A stretch of DNA of 64,000 bases from an uncultured delta proteobacterium (GCA_963739295.1 CAVTZS010000015.1:13574-77573), one strand, 5' to 3'. Counted from the first letter of the stretch, positions 56,320 to 63,728 are shown. Numbers and translations are program-made. Notes: generated by a model not told the origin, from the sequence alone.

Positions 56320-56885
56320 CAGAGATCCTTTCCTATGGAGAAGGCCAGGCCCAGGTATTTCCCGATACCGTGATAGGTGCGGATTTCCGGGCCAAAGATA
56401 ATGGGTCTCACCTTTTCGATGTCGGGGAAGCCGGTCTCTCCCAGAACGGTTGCCTCGGCCTTGACGTCCAGGATTTTCCCGATGAATTGGGTATGCAGGC
56501 CGATCTCCAGGGTATGAATCACCTGGCATTCCAAAATCAGCGGGAACTCCTTAATGAACGGCGCGTCCACCAGACTGCTGCTCACCGGCGTGAGCCGGGA
56601 GACGGCGAATTTGTTCACTTCCTCTCCCGTGACCATCCCGAAGTAATCCGCGGCCTTGACGTGCTCTTCCGAAGGTATGTTGATGGTAAAGGCCTTCCGG
56701 GCCACGATGTTGCCGTAGGAGTAAGTGGCTTTCCTAAGAGAGACGGCTACGCAGGGCGGGCTGGAGCAGCAGATGGAGGCCCAGGCCGCGGTCATCACGT
56801 TGGGTTTGCCGTCTGGCCCATAGGTCCCCACCACCCAGACCGGGGTGGGGAAGGCCAGGGTCCGGGGGCCTAAAGATTTCTTCAT
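56319..56885 (-). CDS. flavin reductase-like (FMN-binding split-barrel) protein
   Basis: The Met at 56885 is preceded by AGGAGG. MKKSLGPRTLAFPTPVWVVGTYGPDGKPNVMTAAW. Confidence 0.75.
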   Translation of the reverse strand: MKKSLGPRTLAFPTPVWVVGTYGPDGKPNVMTAAWASICCSSPPCVAVSLRKATYSYGNIVARKAFTINIPSEEHVKAADYFGMVTGEEVNKFAVSRLTPVSSSLVDAPFIKEFPLILECQVIHTLEIGLHTQFIGKILDVKAEATVLGETGFPDIEKVRPIIFGPEIRTYHGIGKYLGLAFSIGKDL

Positions 56886-57028
56886 GGCGACACCTCCTGT
56901 TAAAGAAATTAAGACTTCGGGGCAAAAAAACAAGAAATTAAAGAGAGCGGCCGGCATGAATGGGTTAGCAGCCAGGGCTTAATCCTGAAAGTTATAATAA
57001 TAAGCCTTCATTTTTTTCTTGCAATATA

Positions 57029-57044
57029 ATGAGCATATGCTCAT
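57029..57044. promoter_or_regulatory. perfect 16-bp palindrome, candidate operator upstream of the DUF134 gene
   Basis: ATGAGCATATGCTCAT overlaps TATAAT (57025-57030) and ends 8 nt before ATG 57053. Confidence 0.35.
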
Positions 57045-57052
57045 AATAAGTT

Positions 57053-57532
57053 ATGTCCCGACCCAAATGTTGCCGCCGGGTGGCTGGCCTCCCGGATTTC
57101 CTCCTTTTTAAACCCGCAGGGCTACCTGCCGCGGAGCTGGAGGAAATCGTCCTGACCATGGACGAATTCGAGGCCCTCCGCCTGGCTGATCTTTTGGGGC
57201 TTTACCAGGAACAGGCCGCCGCCGGTATGCATATCTCCCGGCAGACCTTCGGGCGCATCCTGGAGGGTGCCCACCACAAGGTGGCCCGGGCCCTGGTGGA
57301 GGGAAAAATCCTACGCATTGACGGAGGTAAAGTGGAGATGCCCACAATCAGAAAATTTCAATGCTTCGACTGCCAGCATATCTGGACCGTCCCTTACGGA
57401 ACGGGAAGGCCGGGCGATTGTCCCGCGTGCCATAGAGGCAATATCTGCCGCGTGGAGGCAGAGCGCGGACCTGGGGGTCCGGGTGCAGGTGGTCCTAGCC
57501 GCCGGTGCCGGCGCGGCCAGATGCAGAAATAA
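57053..57532 (+). CDS. DUF134 (UPF0251) putative DNA-binding protein with C-terminal Cys-rich extension
   Basis: MSRPKCCRRV...FKPAG, DEFEALRLADLLGLYQEQAAAGMHISRQTFGRIL, then CFDCQ...CPAC. Confidence 0.75.
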   Translation: MSRPKCCRRVAGLPDFLLFKPAGLPAAELEEIVLTMDEFEALRLADLLGLYQEQAAAGMHISRQTFGRILEGAHHKVARALVEGKILRIDGGKVEMPTIRKFQCFDCQHIWTVPYGTGRPGDCPACHRGNICRVEAERGPGGPGAGGPSRRCRRGQMQK

Positions 57533-57572
57533 CTTTTCGAAAATTTCAATTTTTCTTCAAGAGGAGAGGTCT

Positions 57573-57959
57573 ATGAAGATTGCGGTAGCTTCGGATGATG
57601 GTATCGTTCTCGCCCCGCATTTCGGCCGCAGCCGATACTTCCTGGTGTTTGACGTCCTGGAAGGCCATATCTCCGGCCCGGAGACCCGCGCCAACGGATT
57701 CACTGCGTTTGCCCACGGGGAATGCGGCTCCCAGTCACACGGCCACCACGCCCATAGTCATGACGCCCTGGTGTCGGCCCTGCATGATTGCCAGGTGGTT
57801 ATGGCCGGGGGCATGGGTAGACGGGCGGCCCTTGATCTGCAAGACCACGGCATTCAGCCACTGGTGGTGCCTTTCGCCGGCCCTGCAGTGGAGGCCGTCA
57901 AGGCGTACCTGTCCGGGTCCATCAAATCCCTGGATACCTGGTGCTGCGGCCATCAGTAA
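57573..57959 (+). CDS. NifB/NifX-type dinitrogenase Fe-Mo cofactor-binding domain protein
   Basis: GAGGAGAGG SD. MKIAVASDDGIVLAPHFGRSRYFLVFDV, VVMAGGMGRRAALDLQDHGI. Confidence 0.75.
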   Translation: MKIAVASDDGIVLAPHFGRSRYFLVFDVLEGHISGPETRANGFTAFAHGECGSQSHGHHAHSHDALVSALHDCQVVMAGGMGRRAALDLQDHGIQPLVVPFAGPAVEAVKAYLSGSIKSLDTWCCGHQ

Positions 57960-57977
57960 CACGAATTAGGTGTCTTT

Positions 57978-58005
57978 GCTGAAAGCTGAAAGCTGACCGC
58001 TGAAA
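57978..58005. repeat. heptamer tandem array GCTGAAA x2, GCTGACC, GCTGAAA
   Basis: Starts 19 nt after the stop at 57959. Confidence 0.75.
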
Positions 58006-58092
58006 GCCATTTTCATAGAAAAGCCTGCGGTTCTAGAAATTATCGATATGAACCAGGCTTGGTATTAAGCAATTTCTGAAGGGGAAAGCACG

Positions 58093-58135
58093 TAGGGGCG
58101 GTTCGCGCACCGCCCCTGCATCCCCGACCCTCCAC
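58093..58135. repeat. nested-palindrome unit of the intergenic repeat, nearly alone
   Basis: GTAGGGGCGGTTCGCGCACCGCCCCTGC followed by ATCCCCGACCCTCCAC. Confidence 0.7.
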
Positions 58136-58169
58136 TTCTCTGAGAATTTCTACGTTTCTTCCTTCGGGC

Positions 58170-58382
58170 TCACCAGGCTGGAAACTTCTTAAGCTTTTCC
58201 TCTTCTTCGGGCGTGAGATGGCGTTTCCCCCCCAGGGAATCAAAGTTTGCACAGCTATGCTCGTCCCGGGCGAATTGCGTTGCACTCCCATCCCAGGGTT
58301 CTTGGTGAAGACATTTTCCCATTCGTAGCGAGGCCGGGTCCGGCGCAAAATGCTTGCAATCCACACAGCGAATCAGGTCCAT
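58170..58382 (-). CDS. hypothetical small Cys-containing protein
   Basis: 70 aa. CVDCKHF...GKC...SC. Confidence 0.35.
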   Translation of the reverse strand: MDLIRCVDCKHFAPDPASLRMGKCLHQEPWDGSATQFARDEHSCANFDSLGGKRHLTPEEEEKLKKFPAW

Positions 58383-58647
58383 AGCGCCTCCTTATTAATT
58401 GAAGGGTGTTAGCGGGACCAAGCTATCTGGTCCCTTTTCCCACCTGCGAGCCCAAGGTGGGGTGGGGTTATTTTAAACGTCAGGCGTAATCAAGTTTAAT
58501 ATTAGGTCGCAGGGCGAAAAACGCCACCCGGTTTCTGGGTAATCTCCCCCGCCTCCTGTCGCGGTCCATGGGTGAAGCGTCACCGTGAACCGCGCCTCAA
58601 CCTGAGCCGGCAGCAGGGGCCCAGGCCGGCATCCCAGAGGTAAGGCT

Positions 58648-59301
58648 TTAGAGAATCGTCTCTTCCCCTTTTTGGGCGTTGATGGCCACGAAACCCCCTT
58701 CCCCAAAACCAGGTTTAACCGGCTCCAGGGCCGTGATCTCCTTAAGGGGCTTAAAGATGGTCTGGCAAACTTGGAAGTTCTTAAAAGCCAGCCCTTCGAG
58801 CCATCCTATCACCTGCTGCGCCGGGTAAAAGCGGGCCTGGGCATAAAATCTGCTTTCCTGTTTGCTGGCTTCATATTGCCGGCCCAGGGGGCTGTCTCCA
58901 TCAATCATGCCGATGAGTATCCGCCCTTGCGGCTTCAGGACTCGCGCTGCTTCCGCCAGGGCCCGGAAGGGGTCTGAAAGAAAACAGAGGACGGTTACCA
59001 TCAGGACCAGGTCGAAGGCCGCGGCGACAAAGGGCAATGATTCCGCCCTGGCCTGGCAGATTTTTACTCCCCGCTTCCGGGCGATTTCTGCCATCGCTTG
59101 GGCTGGCTCTACCCCAAGGTCGATTCCCAGAGGAATGGCAAACCTTCCGGTGCCCACTCCGACCTCCAGGCTTCTCCCTCCTGGAATAAGGAATCTTTTT
59201 AGCGCCAGGATTTCCGACTCATAGGCGATCTGGTTCCGATCAAACCAGGCATCATATTCCTGAGCTGATTTCTCAAATATTTGGATAACTTTATCAATCA
59301 T
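58648..59301 (-). CDS. class I SAM-dependent methyltransferase
   Basis: SLEVGVGTGRF (motif I), FDLVLMVTVLCF, LKPQGRILIG. The Met at 59301 is preferred. Confidence 0.7.
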   Translation of the reverse strand: MIDKVIQIFEKSAQEYDAWFDRNQIAYESEILALKRFLIPGGRSLEVGVGTGRFAIPLGIDLGVEPAQAMAEIARKRGVKICQARAESLPFVAAAFDLVLMVTVLCFLSDPFRALAEAARVLKPQGRILIGMIDGDSPLGRQYEASKQESRFYAQARFYPAQQVIGWLEGLAFKNFQVCQTIFKPLKEITALEPVKPGFGEGGFVAINAQKGEETIL

Positions 59302-59440
59302 AGGGAAAAGAAACCAAGGATGCCGGAGGAGGCAGATGGCTGGCAAAATGTTTCGATGACAAATGCCGGTAATAAAAGGAGCCTGGCCAACTTAAGATTC
59401 GCCAGGCTCTTAAGGATTACCGCAGGGGACCTAATTTAGC

Positions 59441-60799
59441 TTATTCCTCTTCCTCGAATTCGATCCCGTCCCGTTCGAACTGGGCGTCACGCTCGGTGTG
59501 GGCCGCCTCGATTTCCTCCTCGCTCCAGGGCTCATAGTCCAGCACTTTGGACACCAGTTCCCAAAGGTATAGGGTCTCTTCGTAGTTGCCCATGTCATGG
59601 ACCTTGGGCAGCCCCTTCATGATCTGGTCTCGACAGTTGTGGCAGGGGGCCACGACAATCTCCGCGCCGGTGTCCTTGATCTGGTCTGCCTTCACCTTGC
59701 CGTAGGCCAGGCGCTCCTGGTCGTAGGGCATGGCCCAGGCGCCGCCCCCGGCGCCGCAACAGAAGTTGTTCAGGGGGTCGTCGCACATCTCGCGGTACAG
59801 GCTCTCGTCAATGCACTGTTTTGAAATCCAGCGGCACATCTCTCCGTTGTTAGGTTCATCCTTATAAAGCATATAGGACTTGCGCACGTAGTTGCAAGGG
59901 TCGTGCACCGTGAAGGTGTGGTGGATTTTAGTCTTGTCCAGCTTGATTCGGCCGGATTTGATGTATTCTATTAGCAGATCCATGATGCTCACTACCTTGA
60001 ATTCGTCGAAAACTTCCGGAAACCAATTGTTGAACCCGACCCGGGTTGCAAAGTAGGCGTGCCCTCATTCGGGGTACAAGATGGTTTTCGCCTTTACTCG
60101 TCGGGCGTTCTCGATGATCCGACTCACCTGTTCCTTCCAGGACGGGTCGTCACCGGAGAACAGCCCCCAGTTAACCCCTTCCCAGTTAGTCGAGGACACG
60201 GTCCAGTCTTCCTTGGCGGCATAGAAGATGCGCCACCAGAACTTCATGTCGTCGGGCTCGCCGAAGGGCTCCTTGGAGTTAATGGTGACGATGATGTTGG
60301 CCCCTTCCTTGTCCACCGGCACATAGAAGCCGGGGCAGGGCTGCTCCTCGTCTTCCTCCATCTCCTTGCCCAACTCTGCCAGGAGGAACAGGAAATCATC
60401 CCTGGGAATGCCGAGGTTGTTGCCCCTCTGCAGATTCATCATGGTGCCCTTATGGATGGGTCCGGGGACCTTGTCCCGCTCCCGCAACGTGCGGCAGGCC
60501 CGGAAGGTCTTCATTAATTTAATCCCCATGGGGCACTGATACTCGCAGCGGCCGCACAGGGTGCAGACCCAGGGCCACTTGGAGTCAATGACCTCCTGCT
60601 CCATACCGAAGACTATGGCCCGGATGGCCTTGCGGGAATCCCAGCCGGTCTCCGAGCCCGGCATGGTGACCAGGCCGGTGGCGGGGCAGCCTCCGGCGCA
60701 GGTGCCACAGGTATAACAGCGATCCGCCAACTCGGGGGCAATCCCGATTTTGCGGTGCTTCCTGTCTACCCTGACCTCTTGTATGACATCCTCTGCCAT
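59441..60799 (-). CDS. HdrD/GlpC-like Fe-S oxidoreductase (2x[4Fe-4S] plus CCG domain) with in-frame TGA (60067..60065), putative selenoprotein
   Basis: CYTCGTCAGGCP and CTLCGRCEYQCP, ...KTILYPE-TGA-GHAYFATRV..., then HDPCNYVRK and FCCGAGGG. The two track ORFs (60065..60799 and 59441..59992) are in one frame (60064-59992 = 72). Confidence 0.7.
60030..60051 (-). promoter_or_regulatory. SECIS-like hairpin after TGA 60067..60065
   Basis: Minus strand UUG-(c bulge)-AACCCG-ggu-CGGGUU-CAA. The loop lies 24-26 nt after the TGA. Confidence 0.5.
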
Positions 60800-61314
60800 T
60801 TTTCCTCCAAGATATATTCTTTAAGGCTTAATAATTTTCTTCAGCTCAAGTTAGGGTGTCGGTATCCCGCTTGCTCCGCAGACCTGCGCCCCCTCCGGTT
60901 AAATCCAGCCCCGGTGATTATCAGAGTTACCAGGACAAATTTTGGATTTGTATCTAATTATATATATATAAAATTACCACCAAAAATAAAAGATTTTTAA
61001 TTAAGCCTTTTTGATTATAGGCCCCCCACCCCCCATGTCAAGCAGAAAATACCAATTTTCACAAACCGCTTTTGGCTTGGGCCAAGGCTCCCATTGACTC
61101 AGAGCAGAGTTGATTTTATCCCGAAGCCTGGGCCAAGGGCTGCTGAGGGCTAGAATCACCTTAGGTCGGGCACCCGATAATGGTAAATTATGATATCTTT
61201 TAGGTAACAGGTATTTAAAGGAACCTGGCAATCCTTATCTTGGGGTACGGTTGGCGGCCGTGCCCGGTGTCAAGAAGGAGCAAAGGGAAAGCCAGGTGAG
61301 GGTGATACGCCAAG

Positions 61315-62499
61315 ATGTCTCAAGAGATCGAGGCCAGACTGGAGTTGTTGCGAAAATTGGGCACGCGCCTGGCCGCGCGGCGGAAAGCCCTGGTGGCCGC
61401 GGCCGGCGAAGATACCGGCACCCCTTGCACCATCGCCGGCCTGGAAGTGGACCTGGCGGTGGACCATCTCCAGACTATGCATCTGGAGGCGCCCCAGGTG
61501 GCGGGCAAAGCCCCTTATGGCACGGTGGCCGCCATCTTCCCCTATGACGCCCCTCCCATCATGCTGGCCCGGGTGGGAGGCGCCGCGGTTCTGGGCGGGA
61601 ACCTTTTTCGGTTCAGTTGCTCTTCCCAGATTCCCCGTACTGCCAGCCTGCTTGCAGATATAGTCGCGCCCTTTTCCGAGTTCGAAGCAGTACTATGGGC
61701 GGATAACCGCCGTTTTGGAGAGGATTGCCTACGCAACCCCCAGGTGCGGGTTCTGTTCATCTCGGGAGGCGGCGAGTTGGGGAAGGCCTATGCCCAGGAG
61801 GCTCACGCCTTCGATAAGCTCTTTTTCGCCGGGCCCAGCGGCCTGCCGCCGGTCCTGCTGTTCAAGGACGCCCCCCTGGATAAGGCGGTGAGGTTTGTAG
61901 TCCGGCGGGCCTTCATCAATGGCGGCCAGTATTGCACCACCCTGAAAAGGGCCTACATCCACCGGGAAATCTATGAGGCGGCCCGGGACCTTATCCTAAA
62001 AGAGATGGAATACATCCAGGTGGGGGACCCCCGGGACCTCAGAACCTGGATCGGCCCCATCAAGGTGGCCCGCACCCGCAAGCTCCTGGAACGGGCCCTG
62101 GCCGCCCTGAAAGAGCCCCACTTTTTACTGCCCCCCCGCCAGGACGGTGAATGGCAGGGTCCCTTCCTGGTGGAGACTCCCGAGCCTCCGGACCTGGAAC
62201 TCTTCGGGCCTCTGTTGGCCTTGTGCCCGGTGGCCAGCGACGCCGAGGCGGTGTCCCGCGGCCTTGCCACCCGTTATCCCTTCCTGCTGAGTTTCTTCGG
62301 CACCCCCCCACCCGGGGCCCGGGAAGAGCTCACCACCACCTTTGGCATGGTTTACGACAATCCCGACTTTCTCTTCACTCCCCTGCGGCTCCCCTTTGGC
62401 GGAAAAAAGGCCAGCGGCTGGATTATTGAGAATCGCAAGGGGCAATTGACCAAACGGGACGGCGCCTTTATCTACAGCGCCGAACTGGTGCGAGGGTGA
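61315..62499 (+). CDS. aldehyde dehydrogenase family protein (short form)
   Basis: 394 aa. FINGGQYCTTLKRAYIH contains the catalytic-Cys region. Confidence 0.65.
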   Translation: MSQEIEARLELLRKLGTRLAARRKALVAAAGEDTGTPCTIAGLEVDLAVDHLQTMHLEAPQVAGKAPYGTVAAIFPYDAPPIMLARVGGAAVLGGNLFRFSCSSQIPRTASLLADIVAPFSEFEAVLWADNRRFGEDCLRNPQVRVLFISGGGELGKAYAQEAHAFDKLFFAGPSGLPPVLLFKDAPLDKAVRFVVRRAFINGGQYCTTLKRAYIHREIYEAARDLILKEMEYIQVGDPRDLRTWIGPIKVARTRKLLERALAALKEPHFLLPPRQDGEWQGPFLVETPEPPDLELFGPLLALCPVASDAEAVSRGLATRYPFLLSFFGTPPPGAREELTTTFGMVYDNPDFLFTPLRLPFGGKKASGWIIENRKGQLTKRDGAFIYSAELVRG

Positions 62500-62508
62500 C
62501 GGAGTTTT

Positions 62509-62692
62509 AGGGGAGGGGGCTAAGGGCCGCAGGCCCACTTACAATCCTCCCCAAACCCCACCCCCAATCCCTTATGATTATGATTTAACGGAAAAGGCGG
62601 GGCCAAAGGCCCTGCCTTTTCCGACCCCATAAGCGGGTTGGGAGGGGGGCTTGGGGGGAGGGCAGGGACCTCAGGTCCCTGGCCCTCCCCCC
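62509..62692 (-). repeat. composite intergenic repeat, full-length copy, reverse
   Basis: hp2 tip is CGGAAAAGGCGGGGCCaaaGGCCCTGCCTTTTCCG. hp1 inner stem is GACCTCAGGTC. Confidence 0.9.
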
Positions 62693-63381
62693 AACCAATC
62701 TATGCGACATGCCGCATAAATTCCTGGCCTCAGACCTATCAAGAAGCGGTGGCCTTGCAGGAGGCGCTACAGCACCGGGTGGAGCTTACTCCCCTGGCCC
62801 ACCTGCCCCGCCTGGTGGGCGGCGCGGATGCCATCTGCGACCGGGAGGACCGGCGGATCTTCGGAGCCATCGCGGTTTATAGATATCCGGAATTGGAACT
62901 CGTCGAAGAGGTAGGGGTTTCGGGGGAGTGTCCTTTTCCTTACCGCACCGGCCTGCTCAGCTTCCGGGAGATTCCCATCCTGGCGGCGGCTTGGCAAAAA
63001 TTGCGTGAGGCGCCGGAGGTGTTGCTGGTGGACGGCCAGGGCATTGCCCATCCCCGGGGCCTGGGCCTGGCCAGCCATTTGGGACTGGTGTTAGATCTGC
63101 CCACCATCGGCGTGGCCAAAAGTAGGCTGGTGGGGGATGGTCCGGAACCGGACTGGCAGGCGGGCGCCGCCAGCCCGCTGATTTGGCAGGGAAATTTGGT
63201 GGGACTGATCCTTCGGACTCAAAGGGGAAAGAAGCCCCTCTATCTTTCCCCAGGGCATCGAATAACTTTACCGGAATGCCGGGAGATCGTTTTGCGGTGT
63301 GTTACCCGATACCGGATTCCTTTGCCTCTGCGCCAGGCGGACCTTCTAACCCGGCGCCTGAGGGCGGCAACTCCGCCTTAG
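62638..63381 (+). CDS. nfi: endonuclease V; start uncertain (track start lies inside a repeat copy)
   Basis: EAVALQEAL, VGGADA, GLLSFREIP, LLVDGQGIAHPRGLGLASHLGL, PTIGVAKS. Confidence 0.8.
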   Translation: MGGGLGGRAGTSGPWPSPQPIYATCRINSWPQTYQEAVALQEALQHRVELTPLAHLPRLVGGADAICDREDRRIFGAIAVYRYPELELVEEVGVSGECPFPYRTGLLSFREIPILAAAWQKLREAPEVLLVDGQGIAHPRGLGLASHLGLVLDLPTIGVAKSRLVGDGPEPDWQAGAASPLIWQGNLVGLILRTQRGKKPLYLSPGHRITLPECREIVLRCVTRYRIPLPLRQADLLTRRLRAATPP

Positions 63382-63574
63382 GCCGGGGCTCCTGGCGAAG
63401 CCGCGAGGGAGGGCCAGGGCTGAGAAGCCACTCCCGATACATGGGACAGATGGGGTAGCGGCAGTTCGAGCATTGCCGCATGGCCGAGTCCCATTCCCAC
63501 CAGAGGCAACTCTGGCAGACCCCCTTGATTTTTCCGTTCAGGCAGACGATCCCCACATCCCCGAAATTCACCAT
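63302..63574 (-). CDS. hypothetical small Cys-rich protein (doubtful)
   Basis: MVNFGDVGIVCLNGKIKGVCQSCLWWEWDSAMRQCSNCRYPICPMY. The 3' part overlaps the nfi end convergently, and the SD is poor. Confidence 0.2.
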   Translation of the reverse strand: MVNFGDVGIVCLNGKIKGVCQSCLWWEWDSAMRQCSNCRYPICPMYREWLLSPGPPSRLRQEPRPKAELPPSGAGLEGPPGAEAKESGIG

Positions 63575-63728
63575 CCCCCAGATCTCTCTAAAAAAAATAT
63601 TTTCTAGAACAAAGAACCTACCTAATCCCCCAATTAGAATAAAAAAAAAGCCGAAGTCAAATTTTTTTCCATCAAAGGCGAGAAACAAGGAGGGAGTGGT
63701 TAATCTCATCCCCCGCCATCCCGTCAGG

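Noticed and set aside
58090-58172. Read-through of the TGA ending the 70-aa Cys-containing ORF (58170..58382, minus)
   Set aside because: Downstream in-frame sequence (ARRKKRRNSQRSGGSG...) runs into a repeat unit and shows no domain continuation. It was treated as a true stop.
61180-61240. Sigma-54 promoter (TGGCA...TTG) upstream of the aldehyde dehydrogenase gene
   Set aside because: In TGGCAATCCTTATCTTGG the GG and TTG/GC elements are spaced 3 nt too far apart for the -24/-12 consensus.
60800-61314. Possible ncRNA in the ~500 bp AT-rich divergent spacer
   Set aside because: I found only low-complexity AT runs (TATATATATA, A/T tracts) and no convincing conserved-looking structure. It is probably two divergent promoters.
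1911-62692. CRISPR array interpretation of the recurring GGGGGAGGG-containing repeats
   Set aside because: Copies are kilobases apart, each in a different intergenic region and in both orientations. They are internally palindromic and ~190 bp long. There is no regular repeat-spacer periodicity and there are no cas genes.
63590-63720. Bidirectional terminator in the A-run / T-run spacer (AAAAAAAAAGCCGAAGTCAAATTTTTTT)
   Set aside because: The sequence between the A and T runs does not form a stable hairpin.
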